Under the pieces are notes generated by a model that ran no database searches, was not told where the DNA came from, and was given only the letters and a program-made list of their open reading frames with translations. Made by a program: the position numbers and the translations under genes. Shown piece by piece: positions 1-12,870 of a stretch of DNA of 64,000 nt. The stretch is taken from the NCBI GenBank assembly GCA_048013815.1, contig CM106586.1:22754001-22818000 (forward strand), read 5' to 3'. This DNA is from Setoptus koraiensis. Taxonomy: Eukaryota > Animalia > Arthropoda. Each line of letters starts with the position of its first letter. The stretch's first letter is position 1.

Positions 1-3000
1 ACAAAAAACAACCACAACAACCAACACCCCAACCACACCACCCCCAAAAACAACAAACCACACACAACACAACACACCAAACAACAACAACCACACACAA
101 AAACCAACAACACCAACAAACCACACAACAAAAAACAAAAAACACACCACCAAACAACAACACCACACAAACACCCCAACCCACCCAACCACCAACCAAA
201 AACAACACCAAACACAACCCAAACAAAACCAAAACAACCAAACACAAAAACCACACAAAAACCCACCAACCACCAAACAAACACCAAACAACAACACCCC
301 AAACAAAACACAAAACAACAAACAACACAAAAAACACACCAACAACACACCAAACCAACACAACACCCCCCAACACAAACCAAACCACAACACACAACAA
401 ACCCAACAACAAAAAAACCCACACAACAAACCACAAACCAACCAACCCAAAAACAACAAAAACACCCAACCACAAACAAAACCACCAAAAACAAAAACAA
501 CCAAAAAAACACCAAACCAACACAACACACACAACAACAAAAACAAACACACAAACACCAACACAACACAACAAACCCACCCAAAAAACCACACCACACA
601 ACAACAAAAAAACACACAAACACAACACAACAACCAAAACAAACCCACACCACCACAAACAACAACCACCCACAAACCACAAACAACAACACACCACAAA
701 AAACAAACAACAACACCCACACACAAACCAAACCACACAACCAAACAAAAAAACAAACAAAACAACACCCAAAACCACACACAAAACAAACAAACACAAC
801 ACACAACACAAAACAAAAACACACAAACACAACACAACAACACACACAAACAAACCCCCACAACCAAACACACAAAAACCACAACACAAAACACACAACA
901 CCCCAAAACAAACACCCACCCAAACCAAACAACAACACCAACCAACAACCAACAACAACAACACCACCAAACACCACCCACACAACCACAACACAAAAAC
1001 ACCCAAACAACACACCCAACCAAACACAACAAAACACCAACCACACACAACACACACAACACCAAAAAACAAAACACAACCAAAAACAAACAAACACAAA
1101 CACCACCAAAACAACCAAACCACAAAAAACACCACCAACCCAACACAACAACCACAACAACCCCAAACAAACCCAACCCACCCAACACCCCCACCAAACA
1201 CCCACAACACAAACACCCCCAACAAACACCCAACCCAACACAAAAACACACCAAAAACAACACAACCACACACAACCACAAACAACAACACACCAACCAC
1301 CAACAAAAAAAACACACAACCAAAACAACAAAACCCCAAAACACCCAAACCACCAAACCAAACCCACACACCACACACACCCACAAAACCAAAAACACCC
1401 CAACACCCAACAAAACAAACCCCCAACCCACCAACCACCAACACACCAAAAACAACACAAACCCACAAAAAACAAAACAACAACCAACAAACACCAAACA
1501 ACAACCAAAACACACCAACCCACACAACAAAAAACACACAAAACCCCCAAAAAACCAAAACAACACCACAAAAAACACACCCAAAAAAACACCACAAAAC
1601 ACACAAACACACAACACCAACAAACAAACAACACCACCACAAAACCCACAACAACAAAACACAACACACCCCCCAACAACAACCCCCAACAACAACACCA
1701 CAACACACCAAAAACAAAACAACACACACACAAACCACAACAAAACAAAACCAACCACACAACCACAAAACCCCACAACAAAAACAACACACACACAACC
1801 CAAACCCAAAAAAAAACAAAACACACACAACACACAACAAACCCACCAACCACACAAACCACAAAAAACAAACCAAAAAACAAAAACCAAACCACACCCA
1901 AACAAACAAACCACCAACAAACAAAAAACACAACACAAAACCAACAAACCAACCAAAAACCCACACACAACAAACAAAAACACACAACCAACACACCCCA
2001 AAAACAACCAAACACACCCCAACACCCAACCAAACCCAACAAAACCAACAAACAAAAACCACAAAACAAACACCAACAACACCAACACAACAACAAAAAC
2101 ACCAACCCACAACAACACAACAACAAAACACACCACAACACCCAACACACAAAACAAACACAACCAAAAACACCCCAACCAACACCACACAAAACAAACA
2201 CCAAACACCACAAACCCAACAACACAACAAAAACACACACAACCACCACACAAAACACACACCAACCACACCCCAAAAAAACAACACACACACCCAACAC
2301 ACCAAAAAACAACCCAAAAACACCACAAAACAAAAAAACCAACCAACAAACACACACAAAAACACAAAACAACACAAACCACCCACCAACAACACACCAC
2401 AACACACCACAACCACACCCACCCCAAACAAACACACCAACACCAACCAAACAAAAACACAACAAACAAAAAACCAAAACCAACCACCAAAACCCACCCC
2501 CACAAACAACAACAAAACACCCCAACACAACAACCAAACACACACCCACCACCAAAAACACCAACACCAAAAACCACACAACAACACAAAACACCCACAA
2601 AACACCACAACAACCAAACAACACAACCCCCAACCACAAACCACAACAAACACCACCACACACCCCACAAAACAAACAACAACCACAAACAACACAAAAA
2701 AAAACAAAAACAAAACACAACACACACCAACAAAACAAAAACACAACACAAAAACCCACCACCACAACAAACAAAACCAAACCACAAAAAAACAACCAAC
2801 AAAACAAAAACCACACAACAAACACACCCCCAAAACAACACAACCAAAAAAAACCCAAAAAACAACCACACACACACACACACAAAAAACACAACACCAA
2901 ACCAACACCCAACCACCCAAAAACACACAAAAAACCAAACCAAAACACAAACACACCAAACACCCAACCCACCCAACAAAAAACAACCACACCCACACAC

Positions 3001-3306
3001 AAAAACCAACAAACAACCCCCAACCACCAAACACCACACAAAACACAACACAAAACACAAACACCCAAACAAAACAAACACAACACAAACCCCACCAAAC
3101 ACACCAACAAACACACCCACAACCAAAACCCAAACAAACAACACCAAACAACACACAAAACCAACAACACAACCACAAAACAAACACACACAAACAACCA
3201 CCAACACAAACCCCAAACAAACAAAAACCACCAACAAAACACACAAACAAACAAAACCAACAACAACACACCAACAACACACACACAAACAAACACCACA
3301 CAAAAA
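1..3306. repeat. Aperiodic low-complexity tract made only of A and C
   Basis: No G or T seen in 3306 nt; no fixed period; A runs to ~9, C runs to ~5; directly abuts the N gap. Confidence 0.9.
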
Positions 3307-3806
3307 NNNNNNNNNNNNNNNNNNNNNNNNNNNNNNNNNNNNNNNNNNNNNNNNNNNNNNNNNNNNNNNNNNNNNNNNNNNNNNNNNNNNNNNNNNNNNN
3401 NNNNNNNNNNNNNNNNNNNNNNNNNNNNNNNNNNNNNNNNNNNNNNNNNNNNNNNNNNNNNNNNNNNNNNNNNNNNNNNNNNNNNNNNNNNNNNNNNNNN
3501 NNNNNNNNNNNNNNNNNNNNNNNNNNNNNNNNNNNNNNNNNNNNNNNNNNNNNNNNNNNNNNNNNNNNNNNNNNNNNNNNNNNNNNNNNNNNNNNNNNNN
3601 NNNNNNNNNNNNNNNNNNNNNNNNNNNNNNNNNNNNNNNNNNNNNNNNNNNNNNNNNNNNNNNNNNNNNNNNNNNNNNNNNNNNNNNNNNNNNNNNNNNN
3701 NNNNNNNNNNNNNNNNNNNNNNNNNNNNNNNNNNNNNNNNNNNNNNNNNNNNNNNNNNNNNNNNNNNNNNNNNNNNNNNNNNNNNNNNNNNNNNNNNNNN
3801 NNNNNN
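3307..3806. other. Assembly gap (500 N)
   Basis: Exactly 500 Ns, a fixed-size scaffolding spacer, so adjacency of the flanks is unsupported. Confidence 0.97.
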
Positions 3807-3859
3807 TCACTTATGTCTCATTTACTTGGATTTGACTCGCTTGTAACATTTTTCTCATT

Positions 3860-5287
3860 ATGTTGATCTCACGGCTGAGGATCGTAACGCCATACCGAAG
3901 CTTTATCAGGTTGGTCCACACGGATGGAGACAGACCCGACTATAATGAAAAACATGAATCTAAGAAAGCCTCAAAGACCAAAGCTGCCACAGAAGGTCGA
4001 CGGGTTATCCAGTATCTTGAAAGAAATAGTGTTAGTAACAACCCGAAAGTCAAATCGGTTGTGTCACCCGAGCCAGTTGAATTGAACTCACCACCTGATG
4101 GCGACAATGACCCAACCGACGTGTGGACAGAAGAAGAATCCGAAGTCAGGGAATTCCAGCAGCTGAGCATCGAAGATTTCCAAGAAATCATAGATAACGA
4201 CAAAGAAAATGCAACTGACATTCAGGAGAAAATTGGTCATATATTGTCAGAGTATGAATACGAGAAATACTCATCCAACGGCCGAATGCCTGTCACAATA
4301 AAGGTGCAGGATATGGAAGAACTGCTTTTATTGGATCCTTTCAATTCCTCCCAGGTGATGAGGTACTTGAGATATCTATTCAATAAAGAGATGGCAAAAA
4401 AGAGAGCTAGAAGGAGTCTAAAAGTCAAGAAAGAGTTTATGAAGCAAGAAACAGCAAAGCGACATGTGGAACAGAATCGTATTCTCAAGTCCACCAGAAC
4501 TGGCATAATTGACCCTGGCGATGGCGAACTTCTCTACGGTCTGTGGCACAATAGTTTATTTGTACGATTATCTAATACACTCATAAGGGCAATTGGTTCT
4601 GCGCCAAGAATGAGGCAAGCAGCTATGTTCAATCAAAAGCTAGTCATTGACTTTAGTTACGATGAATACATGACAAGACACGAAATGAAAAATATAGCAG
4701 ATCAGATCCGTCTTGCGTACGGTGTTAATAGATTCGCCTATAAGGATCCTTTCGATTTACACTTTTGCAACTTCAATCCGGAAAAATCTTTTTCAGCATC
4801 ACAGGTAGTTGAGAAAGTCAATAATTTGTATTCAGGATCCATGATCACCCACACAGAAAAATGTTACACGGAGATATTCCCCAGAGATCGTATTATTTAC
4901 CTGAGCCCTCATGCTAAGATGCCACTATCAAAGTACAGTGAAGACGACATTTTCGTTTTGGGCGCGATGAATGACAAGACTGGCCCTAAAACTGAATTAA
5001 GTAATGTTTTTGCGAAAAGGGCTGGCGTTAGATGTTTTAAATTGCCCATTGACCAGCATGTCTCTTGGCTTCAAGGCACCAAAAGTTTGTGTCTGAATCA
5101 TATGATTGGTATCCTATTAGAACACAGAGAAAGCAGCGATTGGAAGAGTGCTATGCAGAAGCACATACCGAAACGGAAACTCAAGCCTATAGAACAGGTA
5201 ATCGCTGAGGAACAGTTTCGTATGTCAAAGTTTAAGCGCAGACAATACAAATCTCTTGGAATTGATAGATTTACTAAACCCTCTTAG
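3860..5287 (+). CDS. TRMT10C: TRM10-type tRNA m1G9/m1A9 methyltransferase, likely mitochondrial RNase P protein 1; single exon, 475 aa
   Basis: TRM10 SPOUT domain motifs (KLVIDFSYDEYM..QIRLAYGVNR, PFDLHFCN, IIYLSP, FVLGAM.D, LPIDQHV.W, K.LCLNHM..IL); Arg/Ser-rich N-terminus like a mitochondrial presequence. Confidence 0.85.
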   Translation: MLISRLRIVTPYRSFIRLVHTDGDRPDYNEKHESKKASKTKAATEGRRVIQYLERNSVSNNPKVKSVVSPEPVELNSPPDGDNDPTDVWTEEESEVREFQQLSIEDFQEIIDNDKENATDIQEKIGHILSEYEYEKYSSNGRMPVTIKVQDMEELLLLDPFNSSQVMRYLRYLFNKEMAKKRARRSLKVKKEFMKQETAKRHVEQNRILKSTRTGIIDPGDGELLYGLWHNSLFVRLSNTLIRAIGSAPRMRQAAMFNQKLVIDFSYDEYMTRHEMKNIADQIRLAYGVNRFAYKDPFDLHFCNFNPEKSFSASQVVEKVNNLYSGSMITHTEKCYTEIFPRDRIIYLSPHAKMPLSKYSEDDIFVLGAMNDKTGPKTELSNVFAKRAGVRCFKLPIDQHVSWLQGTKSLCLNHMIGILLEHRESSDWKSAMQKHIPKRKLKPIEQVIAEEQFRMSKFKRRQYKSLGIDRFTKPS

Positions 5288-6146
5288 TGGCAATTAGATA
5301 GTCAAAACATCTTTTCTTGTACTCCAGCGCCAATTCAAGTTTGGCCTCGTCTGTTGGCGCACTTGTGATGCCTCTTCCTACAATGATAATGTCGGACCCC
5401 GATTCCATCACTGACTCCGGTGTTCGCCAATTTTGTCCTCGCTTGTCTTCTGTAGCCGACATATGAACCCCTGGAGTCGCTTTGATTAGGTGCTCATCAT
5501 CAATAAAAATTTTTTGAGCGATAACTCCTACCACTGCCGACTTATTGGCTCTAGCAAGTTCCAACGCTCTATCACGAGACGCTTGTTCTTGGTAAATGGT
5601 GCAATCATAGCTCGTTTCGCAGACCACCAGTATACCTCTGGGTTCGTGATACTTATTTGAGGCATCCATAATAGCATTTAATCTTTGCGCGGATGTTCCA
5701 TGAATTGTAACTAGATCCGCGTATTCAACAATTTCATTATAGATTTCAAGGTCGGACGCGGGACAATCACAGAATTTAACATCATCAAAAATTAAAAAGT
5801 TGAATTGGCGAGAGACAGCCACAAGTTCTTCTTTGATATCCCGAAAGTCGCGGTTGTGATAGCTGTGGACCTTGAGGATGCATATGTGTGGTCCCAACAG
5901 TTTAGCTAAGTTGAGCACATTGCCGGCGGGTTTCACATCGGCCGCCAAACAAAGATTCGTTCGTTTCTCCTCCATAATTTTGAACAATTTGCGTGTCAGT
6001 GGATTGAGCGCGCCGGCGGCTCGTTCGGAGAATGATTTCGGTTGCTGAAGATGGATATATATATAAATATATACAAAGATAATTCAATAAAATTGTAAAA
6101 TTAACAAACAAAGAATTTGTGAGACGGACACTACGATACTCACCAT
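5274..6146 (-). CDS. UMPS: Orotidine-5'-phosphate decarboxylase (ODC domain of UMP synthase) without OPRT domain; exons 6146-6144 (ATG) and 6044-5274
   Basis: KRTNLCLAADV, GPHICILKVH, D-x-K-x-x-D (FDDVKFCD), TPGV, DIIIVGRGI; frame extends upstream through the UMPS linker (SFSERAAGALNPLTRKLFKIM) to an AG at 6046-6045; GTGAGT donor at 6143-6138 follows an ATG. Confidence 0.8.
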
Positions 6147-6409
6147 CTTGGCTTTTCTTTCTCGTGTATGGTATGAGGACTGTTGTTAGGTGTAGGGACT
6201 TCAGGTGTGTACTGGTTGGCGTGTAGTGGGCAACTGGTGCTAACTTATTGAAAGATGATTTCTTTCATGTGACTGGCTATGTACTGAAAGTGTTAAAATT
6301 GTTTGTGGTCGCTTGGGGTCGTGCCAATCCTACAACCTGTTACGACCAGGACGTTACCGGCCGAACCGGGCAAAAGTGAGCAAAATGGCATTTGAAACCT
6401 CGTTCGGGA

Positions 6410-6726
6410 CGTTGAGCTGAACACATTTCGCTAAGTTAGATCGGAATCTGAGGGTATCGAGGGGTAGGGTTTCCTTGTCAGTCGCGAGCTGAGAATACCG
6501 GCTAGTGCATTAACCTTCGTAGAGCCAATGGTTACCAGCCTTGGGTGTGATGGGTCACTTTGGGGCCCCGATTGGTGGGCCGTCACTAAACCCAACTCGC
6601 CGATCACAACTTCGAAAGCCAACAATGCACTTGCTCATGCCCTAGGCGTTCTGTGTTAGGTAGCGGCGACACACCCCTTTGCGCATCAGATTCTTGCTTG
6701 ACTTGAGCGTCACCGTCAGCTCAATG
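6410..6726 (+). ncRNA. Candidate structured RNA: long rod-like fold-back, family unassigned
   Basis: At least 7 nested helices in one register (coordinate sums 13133-13138) with several G-U pairs on the + strand; see findings. Confidence 0.5.
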
Positions 6727-6874
6727 CAGATTTACCAATGGGATTGTGAGCCAGAGCTATGTTGAAAAATTGATCAGGTGATCAGTGGGACCTAATCATC
6801 GTATTTATTCAAATCTATCTGTTTTTCAAATTTATTTATGCATGTCTATTTGACCATCTTTCACCTACATCACG

Positions 6875-7639
6875 ATGAAGCCCGATGCTGAAAAAATCAA
6901 AGACTATTGGAGCAAACTGGAGCCTAGCATTGAGAGTATGCTAGGTGGATATCAAGCGATCAATAGGACAGACTATAATGGTTCAATTAAATTATTAGAT
7001 CAATATTTTAAGCGATTGACCGACGACCAAGGGCCAGCCTCAGAAATGACAGCCTTGGATGTGGGCTGCGGTATTGGTCGAGTAACCAAAGTAAGTAACG
7101 ACTATCATCTTTTTGAAGCAATCCATAATTCGACAACACAATATGCTAACAATCCGCTGCTGTTGTTCAATCATCTATATTAGTTTGTATTGAGCAAATT
7201 CTTTCAACAAATTGACCTACTCGAACAAGAGAAACAATTCTTGGATAAGTGTCCTGAGTACATAGGCGAAGAACCTTACAGAAAGTCCGTGAGAAAGGCC
7301 TTCAATTGTTCTATGGCCTCATGGATACCTGATGCAGACCACAAATACGACCTCATTTGGCTGCAATGGGCTATTGCCTATTTGGACGATGATCAGCTTT
7401 TGGAATTTCTAGTGAAATGTAAAAAATCGCTCAAGGCTAATGCTGGATATATGGTGATAAAAGACAATGTGACCAGCCAAGATAAATGCGACAACGACAC
7501 TGTTGACTCTTCAACAACAAGACCTTTAAGACTGTTGATCGAGATCATTAACAAATCTGGCTTCAGGGTGGTGGAACAAGTGCGTCAAACTAAATTTCCT
7601 CGGGGTCTGTATCCTGTGTACATGATAGTTTTAAAATGA
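6875..7639 (+). CDS. NTMT1: Alpha-N-terminal protein methyltransferase 1; exons 6875-7090, 7184-7639
   Basis: YW...EPSIESMLGGY, ALDVGCGIGRVTK, YDLIWLQW, VIKDN, DSSTTRP, FPRGLYPVYM; phase-0 GTAAGT..TAG intron joins the two ORFs. Confidence 0.92.
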
Positions 7640-7959
7640 GGGAAACATCCGAGTGGCTCGATGTTACAAAAGATGTAATCACAGAGGAACAATGTATTAT
7701 CACGTCTGTCACCAGCACTCAACTAGGACCAGCTCGAAACTCAAAAACTCAGGACTGATGTGTATAGTATATGGACGTTGTAGAATAATCATGTAAACTA
7801 ATTTTTTTATTTAGCTAGATTGTGTGCACGAGATTCTATTATCACCTGCTAAGCAGAGCTCTCTAGTATGGAATCTATAGTATAAAGTTGTTGATATGGC
7901 AGTTATACTGTAGATGTTTCTGTCTTTGAAAGAGCATTAGTAACTTTCTCAGATAATAA

Positions 7960-8808
7960 TTAATATCTGCTGCTGTAGCTCGATGCATGACCGATTGGTC
8001 CAACTCTGTAGGCAACTGGTGCCGGTGCTGAGTAGGTTGGCGCTGGCGCTGAGTAGGTTGGTGCTGGTTGGTAGGCCACCGGTGCAGCTACTGGTGCAGC
8101 TCTGTAGGCAACTGGTGCTGGTGCTGAGTAGATTGGTGCTGGTGCTGAGTAGACTGGAGCTGGTCTGTAGGCGACAGGTGCGGCTGGGGCAGCATAGACC
8201 GGTGCTGGTCTGTAAGCGACTGGTGCAGCTGGTGCAACCGGTGCAGCATAGACTGGAGCTGGTGCGGCGTAAGTTGGTGTGGCAACGGCAACTGGTTCAG
8301 CGGTGTATGTTTGTCCGTTTTTGGTGATGTAAACTGCGGCAGGGTCTTTTGGCTCAACACCGGGCTCGTTTGTTTGGACTTGGGCCCGGAAACCGGCGGC
8401 ATCGGCAACGTAGTTGACGGTACGGCGACGACCATCGGCGTCATTGATACTGTACGAACCAGTGACACCTCCGTAACCGTCGCTCTTTTCGCGTCTGGAC
8501 GATCCTCCGCTGGTGTGTTGTTCATCGTAACCAAAGTCGAAGTTTCCATAGCTATCCTGGCTTCTGTACTGGTTGCTGGTACCTGTCTCACTGTAGGCTG
8601 CTCTTGGAGCATAGTTGGTGCTTGCGTAACTGGCCGCTGCCACTCCGACAAAAGCTGCTAAAAAGATTATTACCTGTGTGCGTCACCGGAAGTGATCATG
8701 CGGGGATGTTATTGTTGCAGCATAGTAAAGTTAGTTATTTGATTGTTGCACAAAGAGATAATTTGTGTTTGTTGAGTCAGAGTTTGCTCGATTGATCTTT
8801 ACCTTCAT
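7960..8808 (-). CDS. Cuticular protein with Rebers-Riddiford chitin-binding domain and AAP(A/V)/APxY repeats; exons 8808-8803, 8673-7960
   Basis: Spliced signal peptide MK|VIIFLAAFVGVAAA; R&R consensus FDFGY...RREKSDGYGGVTGSYSINDADGRRRTVNYVADAAGF; Ala/Pro/Tyr-rich tail. Confidence 0.9.
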
Positions 8809-10937
8809 TTTGACTATTTGTTTTGACTTTTTGCTTTGTGGTGCCTAGTTGCAAATGGCTAATTACTGTTACTGATAATGTTGATTTACCTGTGTGTTGA
8901 TTGGTCAAAGACACAATTGCTAATGAACTAACATCGCTGGTTGGGCTCTATTTATATGCAGATATTTGAAAAACTGTAATGTGTGTGCAAACAAATTGGA
9001 TAAACTATCATGTTAGAGTCCATCAATCATCAGGCACGGCCAAAAGGAAGGAGTCGCCAGTGTGAATGTCATGAAAGTTTGCTACAGCGATAGACAAGCT
9101 CTCGTTGAAAAAATGCACCAGCAACAGGTGAACATATGCTGCTGTCAACTGACTGGTACTAGCGATACACCTAACTGTGGTATGTGTCCACTGGCTGCCG
9201 AGATCAAAGGTTGCCCCACTGGGGTTAGGTTGGGTTGGGTTGAATGGTTTTGGCTCGGTTCAATTCGGTTCGGTTCAGTTCGGTTCAATTGGGCTCAATT
9301 GGGATGGAAGGATGACGGTCAGTGGTGACCGAAGACTGGGAGAGAAAAGAGTGTTGGCTTTAATTGATAGACTGACGACCAACGATATATGTTGTTGGTA
9401 TTTAGTCGTGTCACGACAGTTGCTGCTTATCGATTGGCTCTCTTATCCAAATCAATCTATTAAGCAGTATGAGACTCCCTTTAATTTAACAGTAACAGCA
9501 CCACTAATAACGGCAACAACAACAGCACCGGCAGCAGCTAAACTAATAATGAAACTCTGTTGCTCAAGATAGCCTAACTGGTTCAGCAGGCGACTCGATC
9601 AGCTTCGGGGGGTATCATTTCGTCAAGTTCACTTATTGAGAGCGAGATAAACTCGCATATAAACAAGTGCAAGTGCATGTAATAAGCAACAAGTGTAAAA
9701 AAGTAAAATGAACGTGTTCTCTCCACACTCGTTGTATCACTCGTTTTCTTTTACACAACTATGGACAAAACTACTACCGTTGGTGGTTCGTTTCAGTTCA
9801 TTGGATTCTCGCGCTAATAACGCCAGCGATGACGAGATAGGGACAAATGATTGAAGCGAACACAAGACAAAATAAGAATAATCTAGATGCACGTTAGTGG
9901 CTAATATCTGTTGCTGATTATCTGTATATCATCAAACGAATGCTAAAATATGATAATTTGCCTCAATTAGAAAGCTCAGTCAACTAAAGATATCAAAGTG
10001 ATAAGAGAAAATTGGTTTGTTTCTGTTTTGTCCACTTTTCGTTGCGCGTTCTTGTGTTGTATAAACTATCTGTATCAATCTGTAGAAGAACAAACAATTA
10101 TTTAAACTTCTTTATAATATCTATGCATGCATGTACACGCAATGCACGGGATAACAATTAATCAATTAATTGATTGATTAATATAGTTTGTCTTTGCTCA
10201 ATCTGCATATACGCTCGACATACTAATTCCTTTGGCCCGCTATCTGGTCGTCTCAAACTGCTTATTTGGCAAACTTATTTGGTTACTTGTTAGTTGATTG
10301 GTCACTCTGGTAAGTGCCAATCGCATCGATTCAGTTGCTCGATTTTCATCATGGGTCATCGATACAAATGAACTCATTAACACTCTTATAAATAATATTG
10401 AACGTGTTTAATTAATTGAGCCTACATCCTGTTAGTTAATTGACGTTGTTCAGCTCTGTTTGATTGCGTTTGAGGCCAAACTAATAATCAATCAAGAGTT
10501 TTATTGCATCAATTAAATGCAGTTTAAATAATTAGTGCAACTCAATAAGCATAACAAAAGGCTCAGTGATTCCATTTTTGTAGCTCATCTAGAGAATAAT
10601 CGTGTATTTTAATTAGTTTTATTTCAGGAAAATTTCAAGCAGCTTCTAACACCATATATGTATGTAGATCATAAGTTGCTTATTGAGTGACATCTACGAT
10701 GTCATCTCTGATTGCGACTCACATGAGAGAGAGATTCTTCTTATCATCAATTAGCTTGAAAAACTTGCTCAGTTACGCTATTAATATCTTTCGTTCATGT
10801 TAGAAAGTTGTTTCACTTTGTCAGTAGTGACAATATGCCAATAGTATCATGTTCGAAGTTCCCTCGAAAACTATGGGTTTGTCTCTGTCTCCTAGGTGGC
10901 CAGCATCGGCCGAAGATTGTTTCTGATATGTGTAAAT

Positions 10938-12870
10938 TTATTTACAGGCCAACTGTTTGAACTTTAGTCGGAATCCTACAGTACAGTGATCAAGTGTCAA
11001 TAGTTATAAAAGAACGATCAATTGAACTCATCTATCTAAAACAGCTAGCATCAGGTTGATGAGATTATTGCGCAAGCGAGCATCACTCACCTTTTTGACT
11101 TTTGGGCGCTTGAGGCAGAGAATGCAGACCGGCCAGGTTGTCACTTTTGACCACCATAGTGAAGGGCTTGGCGTAGGCTAGATAGTTTTATTGAGAAACA
11201 TCAGAGTAAATAAATAATCAGCAAAAATAAATATGTCTGACAGACAACTGAAGCAAGAGATGACTTACTTATTATTTCATCGTTATTATCCTGTTGTGGC
11301 AACGAATTCAACTTTTGCCCACAAAACTGATTCTGTAATCTGTATTTGCCGTCACGTGAACCTCCTATAATTGTAACATAATCACCAAGATCATGCCCGT
11401 AAGAGGCCAAACCGTCGTGTCTGATGCATCCAAATGTCTGACTAGACGGAGATGTGACATCACTTAAACCGGCTAGTGTGCCACCAAAATCAAAGTGAAG
11501 TGCTTGCCATTTTATGGCACACATCCGAGACAATTTTTGTATGCAGACGCCATAGTATAGATCATTGAAATAATTTGGTGACGATATGAATTGCAACGTT
11601 GGAAATTGCGGCGTAGATCTTATTGGCAATACTGAGGAGCCTGGGAAGGCGCTAGCTCGACCGTTGCTTCTAAAATTGAAGCTCTCTACGATTCCCGATT
11701 CGCTGGTGTGGTATTGCAGGCAACCATTGGGGGCTAATCAACAGATGAAAGAGATGGTTGGCGTTAGTTGGTTGCGATAATATGCCAGACAAATGTTGTC
11801 AACAGGAATATTATTTACCTCGGAATGGCGAATGGCAAGTTATCTGTTGTATTCTTATTGACCATCTTCTATTGTAGCGCTGCTCGTTGGCAGTGTTGAC
11901 TATCAACAACAAAGGCTCCTCCGATTTTTCCGGATCAATGTCCAAATACACTACGAACAGTGGAGAAATTTCGTAGAGCGAAACATAAAACAAATGTCGG
12001 TCATCGGGATTGAAAACTCAATCAGTTGATAGTGACCGGAAAGGGATAAACTTACTGTGCTGGCCCGACATATCGCCACAGATTCCGTTTGTTGGCAAGC
12101 CGGACGTGTTGAAATTGACTGCACCAGATACTATAAATGAGTCTGTCTTGCCGCCACAAGTTCCATTAATTGGAGGCGCCAGACTGAATTCGTCAAAATT
12201 CAATTTTATTTGACAAACTGGCCACTTACTGATTATCGAATGCCTCTGCAATGTAAATATGCATATAGGTGGATCGAGTCGTTCCTTGTGCATCGAGGGA
12301 TAAGCTGGAGAAACAAAATAGGTCTCATTGGCCGCTATAATTGTTCGACAAGTGCCCTGATCTGAATAGGGAAGATAAAAGATGAAAAGATGTAGAGTGA
12401 AGAAATAATGTTATTTGTTTCGTTCATCGTTGCTCGTCATATATGAATGAGATTGATCACTCTAACTTACATACACAACACGAGCCCAGCAGTCCGCAAG
12501 TGCCCGCCACGTAACCCCCCGAACCAAGACACGCTTTCTTCGGCATACACATGCCTGCTCTATTATCCGAGGCCGTCCGGCAAGTCTCTTTAATGGACAA
12601 CGGGCTTATCCAGGGACTGGTCAAAAGTGAACTGAATACGTTGTGTGGAGAGTTAGCTTGATTTGTAAAATAAAATTGATTATACGGCGAGGAGGGATTC
12701 AGTTGATTATTGTGGGATCTTTTAATGTGATGTAAATGTTGATTCTTGCTGGTGTAGCCCACTACCAATACACTCGTTGTAATTATGAATACCACTCGAT
12801 AGTAAATTAACAAATTGAAAGATTTCATTACAACCAGCATATTCGCATATCTGTCAGTGTCTATATTCAT
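10938..12870 (-). CDS. Secreted Cys-rich CUB-like domain protein; 6 exons (12870-12471, 12361-12056, 11950-11819, 11733-11269, 11177-11091, 10975-10938)
   Basis: Phase-consistent GT-AG joins give G.C....C...GG...GTC....SCCV, TYFVSPAYP, CQIKLNFDEF, ICG..SGQHMYL, RRWSIRIQQITC, APNGCLQY, FCGQKL, KPF.M.V.SD, GFRLKFKQLAC, typical of invertebrate CUB-type proteins; exact start Met uncertain. Confidence 0.78.

Noticed and set aside
6300-6760. Assignment of the rod as RNase P, SRP, 7SK, U3 or telomerase RNA
   Set aside because: 6719-6734 resembles RNase P CR-V and can pair with AATCTG at 6445, but the CR-I GAA-R-N-U pattern is missing and that strand is used by the terminal helix. No SRP helix-8 motif, C/D boxes or + strand CCUAA template. 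Left unassigned.
7983-8661. Alternative ORFs over the cuticle gene
   Set aside because: Shadow frames of the Ala/Pro repeat; the R&R domain fixes the real frame.
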